A stretch of DNA of 64,000 nucleotides from Thermodesulfobacteriota bacterium (GTDB taxonomy: Bacteria; Desulfobacterota; RBG-13-43-22). Position numbers and translations under genes: made by a program. This document shows positions 39,897-49,770 of the stretch, piece by piece. The stretch lies in assembly GCA_040755035.1 (NCBI GenBank), contig JBFMBU010000082.1:25464-89463 (forward strand). The letters run 5' to 3'. The stretch's first letter is position 1. Every line of letters begins with the position of its first letter. Under the pieces are notes generated by a model that had not been told where the DNA came from, searched no databases, and worked only from the letters and a program-made list of their open reading frames with translations.

Positions 39897-41945
39897 ATGG
39901 CCGGAGAATCCAGACTGCGCAGGACCAGAAACATCGGCATCATGGCCCACATCGACGCCGGTAAGACCACTCTGACCGAACGGATCCTCTATTACACCGG
40001 CCGGTCACACAAGATGGGGGAGGTCCATGACGGCGAGGCGGTTATGGACTGGATGCCCGAAGAACAGGAACGGGGCATCACCATCACTTCGGCGGTTACC
40101 ACCTGCCAGTGGCTCAATCACACCATCAATCTCATTGACACGCCGGGCCATGTGGACTTCACCATCGAGGTTGAGCGTTCCCTGCGCGTTCTGGACGGCG
40201 TCGTGGCCGTCTTTTGCGCCGTGGGCGGGGTGGAACCCCAATCGGAAACGGTCTGGCATCAGGCCGACCGCTATCAGGTACCCAAGATCGCTTTTATCAA
40301 CAAGATGGATCGCATCGGGGCCGACTTCCAGCAAACCGTAGAACAGATCAGAGAGAAACTGGGGGCCCGTCCCTTGATTCTACATTTACCCTGGGGGCGG
40401 GAAGACGGTTTCCAGGGAACTATTGATCTCTTATCTATGAAGGCCCTTCGCTGGAAAGAAGAAACCCTGGGTATGGAATATGAGTTGTTTGATATTCCCG
40501 AGGGCCTTAAACCTGAAGCGGATGCCCAGCGGGAATTACTGGTGGAAACCCTGGCGGACCTCGATGATCAGGTCATGGAATTGTACCTGGGGGGCGCGGA
40601 AATCCCAGCCGAGGTGCTTCTGCCGGTTATCCGTAAAGGGACCGTCTCCCTGAAAATCGTCCCCATTTTCTGCGGGGCGGCCTTGCGCAACAAGGGGGTC
40701 CAGCCGCTTTTGGACGGTATCATACACTTTCTGCCCAATCCTATGGATATCCCCCCGGTAACCGGGCGCAACCCGATCAGCAAAAAAAATGAAACCCGTT
40801 CCTCCTCGGATGATGCCCCTTTCGCCGGACTGGCCTTTAAGATCATCATGGACCAGGGCCGGAAGATGACCTACCTGCGTATCTATTCCGGTGTCTTAAA
40901 CGCCGGGCAGGAGGTCTTTAATCCGACCAAGAACCTCCGGGAACGGGTGGCCCGTATCCTGCGCATCCATGCCAACAAGCGGGAACGTATCGAACAGGCC
41001 CGTGCCGGCGATATCGTCGGTCTGATGGGGCTTAAGGATACCACCACCGGAGACAGCTTGACCGAGCCGGAGCACCCGATCATCCTCGAGGCCATCGATG
41101 TCTATGAGCCGGTCATTTCCTTGGCTATCGAACCCAAGACCGTCGGCCAACAGGACAAGATCATCCAGGTCCTGGAAAAAATCGCCCAGGAGGACCCTAC
41201 GTTCCGCTTTCGTTTTGATGAGGATTCAGGTCAGACGGTTATTTCCGGCATGGGGGAATTGCACCTTGAGGTCCTGCTCCATCGCATGGAACGGGAATAC
41301 AACCTGCAGGTGAATATCGGCAAGCCTCAGGTGGTTTATCGCGAAACCATCGAGGAAGCGGTGGAGATCGAAGAGCTTTTCGACCGGGAGCTGGGAGGGG
41401 CCCGCCACCAGGCCCAGGTTCGCCTCCGTCTGATCCCCAACGGACGAGGAGAAGGAAATATGTTTCTTCACCTGATCCCGGAGGATATTCAACCCCAGCC
41501 CCCTATAGAGGCCATACGAGCTTCCATCGAGGAGGCCTTTACTTCCGGGGTCCTTTCCGGCTACCCGGCCACGGACATCAAGGTCATCCTGGAAGCGGCC
41601 CATACTCTGGAAAACCAGTCTTCGGAAATGGCCTTCCGGGTGGCGGCCTCCATGGCCTTTCGCAACGGCTGCCTCAAGGCCAAACCGGTACTCCTGGAAC
41701 CGGTGATGAAACTGGAGATCATCGTCCCCGAAGAATTCCTGGGGGAAATCATCGGTGATGTCCACGCCCGCAAGGGAAAGATCGAACAAATCCTGCCCCG
41801 GAAAAAGGTCCAGCAGGTCCAGGCTACGGCCCCCTTGTCCCAATTATTCGGTTATTCCACGGCCTTGCGCTCGGCCAGCCAGGGCCGGGCCACCTTTACC
41901 ATGCAGTTCTCTCATTACAGCAAGGTTATCGGCGGCCCCAAATAA
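39897..41945 (+). CDS. Elongation factor G paralogue (EF-G2-like translational GTPase)
   Basis: G1-G5 GTPase motifs ([18 protein letters not shown]). EF-G domains II-V. Not located in an str operon context. Confidence 0.85.
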   Translation: MAGESRLRRTRNIGIMAHIDAGKTTLTERILYYTGRSHKMGEVHDGEAVMDWMPEEQERGITITSAVTTCQWLNHTINLIDTPGHVDFTIEVERSLRVLDGVVAVFCAVGGVEPQSETVWHQADRYQVPKIAFINKMDRIGADFQQTVEQIREKLGARPLILHLPWGREDGFQGTIDLLSMKALRWKEETLGMEYELFDIPEGLKPEADAQRELLVETLADLDDQVMELYLGGAEIPAEVLLPVIRKGTVSLKIVPIFCGAALRNKGVQPLLDGIIHFLPNPMDIPPVTGRNPISKKNETRSSSDDAPFAGLAFKIIMDQGRKMTYLRIYSGVLNAGQEVFNPTKNLRERVARILRIHANKRERIEQARAGDIVGLMGLKDTTTGDSLTEPEHPIILEAIDVYEPVISLAIEPKTVGQQDKIIQVLEKIAQEDPTFRFRFDEDSGQTVISGMGELHLEVLLHRMEREYNLQVNIGKPQVVYRETIEEAVEIEELFDRELGGARHQAQVRLRLIPNGRGEGNMFLHLIPEDIQPQPPIEAIRASIEEAFTSGVLSGYPATDIKVILEAAHTLENQSSEMAFRVAASMAFRNGCLKAKPVLLEPVMKLEIIVPEEFLGEIIGDVHARKGKIEQILPRKKVQQVQATAPLSQLFGYSTALRSASQGRATFTMQFSHYSKVIGGPK

Positions 41946-42091
41946 TCTTTAACAAAGAAGGCCCCCCTGCCTTTTTCAAATCATGCCCTTTTCCTTTGAT
42001 CCGACTTTTTCCCCTGGGCTTTTTTCAACTTGACAACTCCTTATATTATAAAGTAAATATAAAGTTTTTGCGTATGTAAAAGGAGTAATGA

Positions 42092-42394
42092 ATGAAATTC
42101 TGGAGACTTCCGCTGGATGCCGGTTCCCATTCCATACCCATAGGGGAACTGCATATCATCAAAGATCGCTGTAAGGGCTGCGGCTTCTGTATTGAATTCT
42201 GCCCCAACCAGGTCCTTAAAGAAGCCCCGGAATTTAATAAAAAGGGCTATCATCCCCCCTTGGTTACCAAGCAGGGGGAGTGCGTCAACTGCAATCTTTG
42301 CGAGATCATTTGCCCGGAGTTTGCCATCTACAGCGTATTAAAGGAACACAAGGAGCTGACGGCGGAAGATATAGCCGGATATTCCGAAAAATAG
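42092..42394 (+). CDS. 2-oxoacid:ferredoxin oxidoreductase delta subunit (2x[4Fe-4S] ferredoxin)
   Basis: Two CxxCxxCxxxCP motifs. 100 aa. Immediately upstream of the alpha, beta and gamma subunit genes. Confidence 0.8.
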   Translation: MKFWRLPLDAGSHSIPIGELHIIKDRCKGCGFCIEFCPNQVLKEAPEFNKKGYHPPLVTKQGECVNCNLCEIICPEFAIYSVLKEHKELTAEDIAGYSEK

Positions 42395-42409
42395 AAAGAT
42401 CCAACCAGC

Positions 42410-43561
42410 ATGTCTGATTCAGGAATTTTAAGCGGCGAATTTTTCATGAACGGGGATGAGGCCAGCGCCGAAGGGGCCATCTCGGCCGGCTGTCGTTTTT
42501 TTGCCGGCTATCCCATCACACCGGCCACGGAAATCGCCGAAAGGATGGCCCGTCGTCTGCCGCAAGTCCAGGGCGTCTGTATCCAAATGGAAGACGAAAT
42601 CGCCTCCATGGCCGCCATCCTCGGCGCCTCCTGGGGCGGAATCAAGTCCATGACCGCCACCTCCGGTCCGGGATTCTCTCTGATGATGGAAAATATCGGT
42701 TTGGGGATGATGACCGAAACCCCCTGTGTTATCGTCAATATCATGCGCGGCGGCCCCTCCACCGGACTTCCGACCCTGGTCGGCCAGGCCGATGTCATGC
42801 AGGCCCGTTGGGGATCCCATGGTGATTATGAGGTGATCGCTCTGTCCCCCTCCTCCCCTCAGGAGATGTTTGATCTGACGATCGAGGCCTTTAACCTGTC
42901 CGAAACCTTTCGCTTGCCGGTCTTTGTCTTAAGCGATGAACTGGTGGGACATATGTCCGAAAAAGTGGTTATCCCCCCGCCTGAACAAATCCGGCTGATA
43001 TCCAGGTTGCGACCCACCCAGACCCCGGACCAATATCTGCCTTTTATGGCCGGGGAGAACCTGGTGCCGGCCATGGCCTGTGCCGGCGAGGGCTTTCATG
43101 TCCACGTCACCGGTCTGACCCATGATGAACAAGGGTATCCCCAGACCGTAGCCCAGGTCCATGAACGAACCGTAAGACGGTTGGTGGACAAAATCCGTTT
43201 TAACACCTCACGTATTGTTCGGGTGGAGGAATTCCAAACGGCTGATGCCGAGGTTGTGGTGGTGGCCTATGGCTGTACGTCCAGGACGGCACGCGAGGCG
43301 GTTCAGATCCTCCGCTCCCAGGGCAGGAAAGTCGGCCTTTTACGTCTGATCACCCTCTGGCCTTTCCCCGAAGAAACCATCCGCCGGACAGCCCAGGGGA
43401 TCAAGGCCTTTATCGTGCCGGAAATCAATTCCGGCCAGATCGCCTATGAAGTGGAACGCTGTGCCCAGGGCAGGGCCGAAACCGTCCTCCTGCCTATGAT
43501 GGGTGGGACGATCCATACCCCTGAAATGATAATGGAAGCCGTCAAGGAATTTCTGCCATGA
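42410..43561 (+). CDS. 2-oxoacid:ferredoxin oxidoreductase alpha subunit
   Basis: KorA/VorA-like sequence (GYPITPATEI...SMAAILGASWGG...ATSGPGFSLM). Confidence 0.85.
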   Translation: MSDSGILSGEFFMNGDEASAEGAISAGCRFFAGYPITPATEIAERMARRLPQVQGVCIQMEDEIASMAAILGASWGGIKSMTATSGPGFSLMMENIGLGMMTETPCVIVNIMRGGPSTGLPTLVGQADVMQARWGSHGDYEVIALSPSSPQEMFDLTIEAFNLSETFRLPVFVLSDELVGHMSEKVVIPPPEQIRLISRLRPTQTPDQYLPFMAGENLVPAMACAGEGFHVHVTGLTHDEQGYPQTVAQVHERTVRRLVDKIRFNTSRIVRVEEFQTADAEVVVVAYGCTSRTAREAVQILRSQGRKVGLLRLITLWPFPEETIRRTAQGIKAFIVPEINSGQIAYEVERCAQGRAETVLLPMMGGTIHTPEMIMEAVKEFLP

Positions 43562-44457
43562 AGATACGGTATCAACCTATAGTTCCCTTTAACCGGGAGG
43601 CTGTGGATCGTCTTATTGACGAACAACACGGGCTCCATCCCGACGATCAGTATCTAAAACCGGGCAGGATCCCTCATATCTGGTGTCCGGGATGTGGATT
43701 AGGTGTGGTTCTGAATACGTATATCAACGGGCTGAAGATGAGCGGTATCCCTATCGATCGATCGGTGGTGGTTTCAGGCATCGGTTGTACCGGTCGGGTG
43801 GCCGGATACTTAAATATGGATACCTATCACACCACCCATGGCCGGGCCATACCTTTTGCCACCGGGATTTCCCTGGCCCGACCCGATCTGTCGGTGACCG
43901 TGTTCAGCGGTGACGGTGATCTTTTTGCCATCGGCGGAAATCATTTCATCCATGCCGCCCGTAGAAATATCAATCTAAAGGTCATCTGTGTCAATAACTT
44001 CAATTACGGAATGACCGGCGGACAGGTGGCGCCCACCACTCCGGTGACGGCCAGGACCACCACCACCCCCTACGGTAATGCGGAGGCCTCTTTCAATCTG
44101 CCCTATCTGGCCCATGCCAGCGGAGCGGTTTATGTGGCCCGCTGGACTACCTTCCATGCCCGGCAATTGGTCAACGCCATTGCCGAAACCCTGGCCATTA
44201 ATGGGTTTACTTTTATTGAGGTGATCGCCCCCTGCCCCATTGGCTACGGCCGGCCCAATAAAATCGGTAGCGGGTTGGACGAGATGATCTACTACAAGGA
44301 AAACAGCGTCGTCCGGAACGGAGCCGATCCCAGGGAGGCGGATGTCTCCTTGAGGGGAAAAATTGTGGTAGGAAAATTCTCCGAAGAAAAACGGCCTACC
44401 TTCAGGGAGGACTACGAGGAAAAGGTCCTGAAGAAATTCAGGAGAACGGAAGGTTGA
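43558..44457 (+). CDS. 2-oxoacid:ferredoxin oxidoreductase beta subunit (TPP-binding)
   Basis: TPP-binding motif (GDGD). Conserved cysteine motifs (CPGCG...GIGCTGR). Overlaps the alpha-subunit gene by 4 bp. Confidence 0.85.
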   Translation: MKIRYQPIVPFNREAVDRLIDEQHGLHPDDQYLKPGRIPHIWCPGCGLGVVLNTYINGLKMSGIPIDRSVVVSGIGCTGRVAGYLNMDTYHTTHGRAIPFATGISLARPDLSVTVFSGDGDLFAIGGNHFIHAARRNINLKVICVNNFNYGMTGGQVAPTTPVTARTTTTPYGNAEASFNLPYLAHASGAVYVARWTTFHARQLVNAIAETLAINGFTFIEVIAPCPIGYGRPNKIGSGLDEMIYYKENSVVRNGADPREADVSLRGKIVVGKFSEEKRPTFREDYEEKVLKKFRRTEG

Positions 44458-44577
44458 TTATTTCCGATTTTGGAATGCGGATTGCGAAATAAGAGGTACG
44501 AGGCCCGAGATACGGGTTTGTTGGCTCCACAACCTAAAAATACTATTTACTATTTTTAGCCCTAAAAAAGAAGATAC

Positions 44578-45156
44578 ATGACAACCATTAATAAAACTGA
44601 AATTCGTCTGGCCGGGTTCGGCGGCCAGGGCATTATCCTGGCCGGTCATATCCTGGGCAAAGCAGCGGCCATTTTTGAGCACCTGCAATCGGTTTTCACC
44701 CAGAGCTACGGTCCGGAAGCCCGGGGTGGGGCCTGCAGCGCCGATGTCATAATATCCGAGGGGGACATTTTCTATCCCCGTGTTTCCCTTCCCCGTATCC
44801 TGGTGCTGATGTCTGAAGAGGCCAAAAACACCTACGGCCGCCAGATGGCCAAAGGAGCCGTAGTCCTGATTGATCAGGACCTGGTCCAACTCGATGCCGT
44901 TCCTGAAGGCTGTTCACTTTATAAAATCCCGGCCACCCGCCTGGCTGAGAAATTGGGGCGGACCATCGTGGCCAATATTGTCATGCTCGGGTTCATTACC
45001 TCTGTCACCGGTGTGGTAGGCTATGAGGCCATGAAAGAGGCCCTTTTCGATTCCATCCCCAGCGGGACCGAAGAGTTAAACCTCAAGGCCTTTGAAAAAG
45101 GCTATGAGTATGGGAAAAAACAGAAGTCAGAATCCTGTAGTCAGAATCCAGAATAA
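44578..45156 (+). CDS. 2-oxoacid:ferredoxin oxidoreductase gamma subunit
   Basis: KorC-like N-terminus (IRLAGFGGQGIILAGHILG). Confidence 0.8.
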   Translation: MTTINKTEIRLAGFGGQGIILAGHILGKAAAIFEHLQSVFTQSYGPEARGGACSADVIISEGDIFYPRVSLPRILVLMSEEAKNTYGRQMAKGAVVLIDQDLVQLDAVPEGCSLYKIPATRLAEKLGRTIVANIVMLGFITSVTGVVGYEAMKEALFDSIPSGTEELNLKAFEKGYEYGKKQKSESCSQNPE

Positions 45157-45209
45157 AGGATGTCGGTCCTTGGTTTGGTTTTCATTCTGACTCCTGACTC
45201 CTGGATTCT

Positions 45210-47687
45210 ATGTTTTTAAAAGGAGTTTTAAGTTTGACCGCCAAAAAAGTACAACGGAAAGAAAAAGAGGAGCCCCGCATCGGGGTCTATGTCTGCCATT
45301 GCGGTTTGAATATCGGCGGGGTGGTGGATTGTGAACAGGTCGCCGGATTTGCGGCAGATTTACCGGGTGTTGTTCTCTCCAAACATAATCTGTACACCTG
45401 CTCGGAACCGGGACAAGACTTGATCAAAAAAGACATTCAAGAACAGCGTTTGAACCGGGTGGTGGTGGCCTCCTGCACCCCCCGTTTGCATGAACCGACC
45501 TTTCGAGCCGCCTGCGAAGCCGCGGGATTAAACCCTTATCTCTTTGAAATGGCCAATATCCGGGAACACTGCTCCTGGGTCCATCTGCACGAAAAGGAAG
45601 CGGCTACGGAAAAGGCCAAGGACCTGGTGCGCATGGCCGTGGCCAGGGCCAGGCTGTTAGCGGCCCAGGAAACCTTTGAAGTCCCCGTGACCCGCAAGGC
45701 CCTGGTCATCGGCGGGGGAGTGGCCGGCATTCAGGCCGCCCTGGACCTGGCCGACAGCGGGTATAAAGTCTATCTGGTGGAAAAAGAACCCAGCATCGGC
45801 GGTCGGATGGCTCAGATCGATAAGACCTTTCCGACCATGGATTGTTCCATATGCATTCTGGCCCCCAAGATGTCCGAAGCCGGAAGGCATCCCAACATCG
45901 AGCTCCTGACCCTGAGTGAGATCGAATTGGTGGAAGGGTATGTGGGGAACTTCACCGTTCAGGTCCGGCAAAAGGCCCGCTATGTTACCGATTCCTGTAC
46001 GGCCTGCGGCGATTGTGCCAGGGTTTGCCCTCAGGTCGCCCCGGATGAATTCAATGCCGGTCTGTCCATGCGCCGGGCCATTTATATGTCCTTTGCCCAG
46101 GCCGTCCCCTCTACCTATCAGATCGACATGGACCTTTGCCTGAATAAGCACGGCATCGTGGCCTGTGACAAATGTTTTCAAGCCTGCCAGCGGCAGTGCG
46201 TGGATTATTCCCAAAAAGATCAAATCCTGAACCTGGAGGTGGGAACCATCATCGTTGCCACCGGCGTGGACGTTTATGATCCCACGCCCTTGACCGAATT
46301 CGGCTACCGCAAATTCCCCAACGTCATCACCAGCCTGGAATTCGAACGTCTGATCAATGCCGGGGGACCGTCGGGAGGGAACCTGATTCGTCCTTCGGAC
46401 CAAAAGATCCCCAAGACCGTGGCCTTCCTGCAGTGTATCGGGTCCCGTTCCAAACGGTCCAATATTTATTGCAGCAATATCTGCTGCATGAATACGATTA
46501 AAGACGCCTTACTGATCAAAGAACACTGGCCGGAGACCAAAATTCTGGTTTTCTATATCGATATTCGGGCCTTTGGAAAAGGTTTCGAGGACCTTTTTCA
46601 GCGGGCCAGACGTGAAGGGGTCTCTTTTATCCGCGGTGTTCCCGGGGAGATCATCGAAGACCCGGAAACCAGAAACCTGACCCTGATCGGCGAGGACACC
46701 CTGCTTTCCCAGCTCTATCGCTATGAAGCGGATATGGCCATCCTTTCCGTAGGCATCGAACCCAGGAAGGACAGCCAGGCTATTCAACGGCTGTTAAATC
46801 TCTCCTGCGCCTCGGACGGTTTTTTTCTGGAGGCTCATCCCAAACTGCGGCCGGTGGACACCCCCACCAGCGGTATTTTTTTAGCCGGCTGCGCCGAAGG
46901 ACCGAAAGACATCAAGGATTCGGTGACCCAGGCCTGCGCCGCCGCTTCCCGGGCCAACATCCTTATGGCCCAGGGGAAGGTCAATGTGGAGGCCATTACC
47001 GCTGTAGTCGATGAGTCCCTCTGCACCGGGTGCGGTATGTGCGTCAAGGTCTGCCCCTATTCGGCCATCCGGCAGGACCCGGAAACCGGAATCGCCCAGG
47101 TGACCCAGGCCTCCTGTGCCGGGTGTGGGACCTGTGTGGCTGAATGCCCCTTTTCGGCCATTACCCAGAGACATTTCACCGACCAGCAGATACTGGCCCA
47201 GATCGACGCCATCACGGAAGAGGCCCCGGAAACCAAAGTAGTGGCCTTCTGCTGCAACTGGTGCTCTTACGCCGGGGCTGATTTTGCCGGGGTCAGCCGT
47301 ATGCAGTATCCGGCCCCGATCCGGATCATACGGACCATGTGCTCGGGACGGATCAGCACCGAATTCATGGAATATGCCTTCCGCCGCGGCGCCGCGGCGG
47401 TCCTGGTTTCCGGGTGTCATATCAATGATTGCCATTATATCAATGCCAACCATCAAACGGAAAAACGGGTCAACCGGGTCTGGAAAAAAATGGAACGCCT
47501 CGGTCTGGATAAAAACCGGCTGCAATTGGCCTGGATCAGCGCCGCCGAAGGCAATATCTTCGCCCGCAAGGTAAAGGAAATGGACGAAATCATCCGTGGG
47601 GTGACGGCCGAGGAAATTGAAAAGACCAAGCAGGCCCTGGTGCCCAAGAAGAAGGGGAAAGAAGAAAGGTTGGGAGAGAAAGAATAA
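45210..47687 (+). CDS. hdrA: Heterodisulfide reductase subunit A-like flavoprotein with C-terminal MvhD-like domain
   Basis: FAD-binding GGGVAGIQAAL. Multiple 4Fe-4S Cys clusters. C-terminal methyl-viologen-reducing hydrogenase delta-like domain (VAFCCNWCSYAGAD...). Confidence 0.85.
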   Translation: MFLKGVLSLTAKKVQRKEKEEPRIGVYVCHCGLNIGGVVDCEQVAGFAADLPGVVLSKHNLYTCSEPGQDLIKKDIQEQRLNRVVVASCTPRLHEPTFRAACEAAGLNPYLFEMANIREHCSWVHLHEKEAATEKAKDLVRMAVARARLLAAQETFEVPVTRKALVIGGGVAGIQAALDLADSGYKVYLVEKEPSIGGRMAQIDKTFPTMDCSICILAPKMSEAGRHPNIELLTLSEIELVEGYVGNFTVQVRQKARYVTDSCTACGDCARVCPQVAPDEFNAGLSMRRAIYMSFAQAVPSTYQIDMDLCLNKHGIVACDKCFQACQRQCVDYSQKDQILNLEVGTIIVATGVDVYDPTPLTEFGYRKFPNVITSLEFERLINAGGPSGGNLIRPSDQKIPKTVAFLQCIGSRSKRSNIYCSNICCMNTIKDALLIKEHWPETKILVFYIDIRAFGKGFEDLFQRARREGVSFIRGVPGEIIEDPETRNLTLIGEDTLLSQLYRYEADMAILSVGIEPRKDSQAIQRLLNLSCASDGFFLEAHPKLRPVDTPTSGIFLAGCAEGPKDIKDSVTQACAAASRANILMAQGKVNVEAITAVVDESLCTGCGMCVKVCPYSAIRQDPETGIAQVTQASCAGCGTCVAECPFSAITQRHFTDQQILAQIDAITEEAPETKVVAFCCNWCSYAGADFAGVSRMQYPAPIRIIRTMCSGRISTEFMEYAFRRGAAAVLVSGCHINDCHYINANHQTEKRVNRVWKKMERLGLDKNRLQLAWISAAEGNIFARKVKEMDEIIRGVTAEEIEKTKQALVPKKKGKEERLGEKE

Positions 47688-47717
47688 CTTCAAACCTTTA
47701 TTGAGAGGCCCCAATTG

Positions 47718-48074
47718 GTCATTCCGGCGGAAGCCGGAATCCAGGAGAAAAAAACAGTGTTTAAAATACCGGTTGTTTATATCCTGGCAAACAAAAAAAA
47801 TGGTACCCTATATACCGGTGTGACTTCAGATCTTGTTAGAAGGATCTGGGAGCACAAACACAATCTCGTAAAAGGATTTACTGAAAGGTATAAAATTCAT
47901 ACCCTTGTTTGGTATGAAGTTCATGATAATATGGAGTCGGCCATTGAGAGGGAAAAAAGGATAAAAGAATGGAAACGGAATTGGAAACTGGAATTGATAG
48001 AGAAAAACAATCCGGAATGGTGTGATTTGTCCGATACAATTATATGACTGGATTCCGGCTTTCGCCGGAATGAC
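47718..48074 (+). mobile_element. GIY-YIG cassette bounded by 27-bp inverted repeats, inserted between hdrA and hdrC
   Basis: The left inverted repeat is 47718-47744 (gtcattccggcggaagccggaatccag). The right inverted repeat is 48048-48074 (ctggattccggctttcgccggaatgac). The cassette starts 31 bp after the hdrA stop codon and ends 49 bp before the hdrC ATG. Confidence 0.6.
47757..48047 (+). CDS. GIY-YIG nuclease family protein (COG2827/UPF0213-like)
   Basis: GTG start. GIY-YIG core (VYILANKKNGTLYTGVTSDLVRRIWEHK). Embedded in a 357-bp cassette bounded by 27-bp inverted repeats. Confidence 0.7.
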   Translation: MFKIPVVYILANKKNGTLYTGVTSDLVRRIWEHKHNLVKGFTERYKIHTLVWYEVHDNMESAIEREKRIKEWKRNWKLELIEKNNPEWCDLSDTII

Positions 48075-48123
48075 GTGCTTTAACGGTTAAAGAGGGTAAA
48101 GGCCTTGTCAGGGAATAAGGGTT

Positions 48124-48591
48124 ATGATCCAAAGCATCTGGGAACTTTTTAATAAAGAAGACCTTTTTGAATGCTACCAGTGCGCCCGTTGCACCGGAAG
48201 CTGTCCGGCGGCCATGGTCATGAAGGGTTACGGCCCGCGGGAGACACTGCTTCGCTGTTTGAATCTGGGCCAGGAGGCGGTTATTACCGACGAAAGGGTC
48301 TGGTACTGCACCACCTGTCATGTCTGTGAGGACCGTTGTCCGCAGGAGATCAATATCTCCGATATGCTGACGGCCATCTTTAATCTGGCCGCCCAACGGG
48401 GCAATCTCCCCGAGAAAATCAAATTCGGGGTGGATCTGATCGCCAAGACCGGCCGAAGTCTCATCGTCAACGAGAAGGTCTTAAAAGACCGGCAGAAACT
48501 ATCCCTGCCAGCCCTGGATCCCTTGGATATCGATGAGCTGGAAGGGATATTTAAAAAAACAGGACTGAATGAAGTGATTGATTTGAGTTAA
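48124..48591 (+). CDS. hdrC: Heterodisulfide reductase subunit C
   Basis: Two 4Fe-4S motifs (CxxCxxCxxxCP). 155 aa. Confidence 0.85.
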   Translation: MIQSIWELFNKEDLFECYQCARCTGSCPAAMVMKGYGPRETLLRCLNLGQEAVITDERVWYCTTCHVCEDRCPQEINISDMLTAIFNLAAQRGNLPEKIKFGVDLIAKTGRSLIVNEKVLKDRQKLSLPALDPLDIDELEGIFKKTGLNEVIDLS

Positions 48592-48706
48592 AAAAAACAG
48601 GATTCAAGGTTCCAAGAGGTCAAGAAGAAGATAAAGTAATGGATTTTTCCTTCAACTCTGGAACCCTTGGAACCTCGACCCCTTGAACCCTTTATTTTTT
48701 CTTTAA

Positions 48707-49615
48707 GTGAGTTTCATGAAATTTGCATTTTTTTTAGGATGTGTCATCCCGGTCAAGTATCCGGGATTTGAAAAGGCCACACGGGAAGTCATGCAGGCCC
48801 TGGATATCGAATTGGTGGACCTGCCTTTTTCCTGCTGCCCGGCACCGACCAATATGAAGCTGGCCCATTACGACACCTGGCTGGCCCTGGGGGCCCGCAA
48901 CCTTTGTCTGGCGGAAGAGGCCGGCCTGCCGATCCTGGCCATGTGCAATGGTTGCATTAACACCCTCAAAGAAGTCAATCTGACCTTGAAAGAAGATAGT
49001 CGAAGGCGGGAACAGGTCAACCAGGCCCTGGAAGGAACCGGTCACCGCTTTAAGGGGACCATTGAAGTCAAACACCTCTTGGATGTTTTATATAAGGATA
49101 TCGGACTGGAGCGGATTGCCGAAAAGGTCCGCCGTCCCTTAGAGGGCATCAGGATCGGCTGCCATTACGGCTGTCACCTCTATCGTCCTCCCCGGCTAAT
49201 GTATCCCGACGAGTTGTCTGAAGCGGCCAGTTATGTCCCGGTGAGCATGGACCAGATCCTTGAGGTCCTGGGGGCCCATCCGACCCAGTATTCCAGGAAG
49301 TTCCTCTGTTGCGGATCGGCACTGGGGACCAATATCGACGCCCAGGCGGCCAATGAAATCACCCGGGAAAAACTCCAGCACATGAAAAAACACCGCATCG
49401 AGGCCGTTTCCGTGGCCTGCCCTTCCTGTTTTACCCAATTCGACCGGGGGCAGATGATGCTGGAAAGAAAGTATCATGACGGATTCAACCTGCCGACCCT
49501 TTATATCGCCCAGCTTTTAGGGCTGGCCTTCGGTTTAGAAAAGGCCAATCTGGGGCTGGGAGACCACCGTATCAGCCTCCAGCCTATGTTGGACCGGATC
49601 GCGGGGGCTTCTTGA
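48707..49615 (+). CDS. hdrB: Heterodisulfide reductase subunit B (CCG-domain protein)
   Basis: Two cysteine-rich CCG-type domains (CCP...CNGC; CCG...CPSC). Confidence 0.85.
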   Translation: MSFMKFAFFLGCVIPVKYPGFEKATREVMQALDIELVDLPFSCCPAPTNMKLAHYDTWLALGARNLCLAEEAGLPILAMCNGCINTLKEVNLTLKEDSRRREQVNQALEGTGHRFKGTIEVKHLLDVLYKDIGLERIAEKVRRPLEGIRIGCHYGCHLYRPPRLMYPDELSEAASYVPVSMDQILEVLGAHPTQYSRKFLCCGSALGTNIDAQAANEITREKLQHMKKHRIEAVSVACPSCFTQFDRGQMMLERKYHDGFNLPTLYIAQLLGLAFGLEKANLGLGDHRISLQPMLDRIAGAS

Positions 49616-49640
49616 CAAAAGGCAACTTGATATCTATAAT
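49612..49640 (+). promoter_or_regulatory. Consensus sigma-70 promoter TTGACA-N17-TATAAT
   Basis: Perfect -35 and -10 hexamers with a 17-nt spacer, about 130 nt upstream of the HesB-like gene. The -35 hexamer overlaps the hdrB stop codon. Confidence 0.6.
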
Positions 49641-49770
49641 ATAAACCTAAGCGAAAAGATGAGATTTTTTCTCTCACTTTCGATACCCACAATTTCAAAA
49701 AGGTTTGGTTAGTATTTATCATTAAATTTTTGGAAACGAAACAGAGAAACTTTTCTGGAAAGGAAACACC

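Noticed and set aside
45125-45215. Imperfect 26-bp inverted repeat spanning the korC end and hdrA start (cagaatcctgtagtcagaatccagaat / attctgactcctgactcctggattct)
   Set aside because: Probably just an intercistronic stem-loop, with no T-run, partly inside coding sequence. Noted but not called as a terminator.
48592-48706. Repetitive caaggttccaaga / ggaacccttggaacctcgaccccttgaaccc tract between hdrC and hdrB
   Set aside because: Short degenerate direct repeats with no clear hairpin or known motif. Could be a processing site, but the evidence is insufficient.
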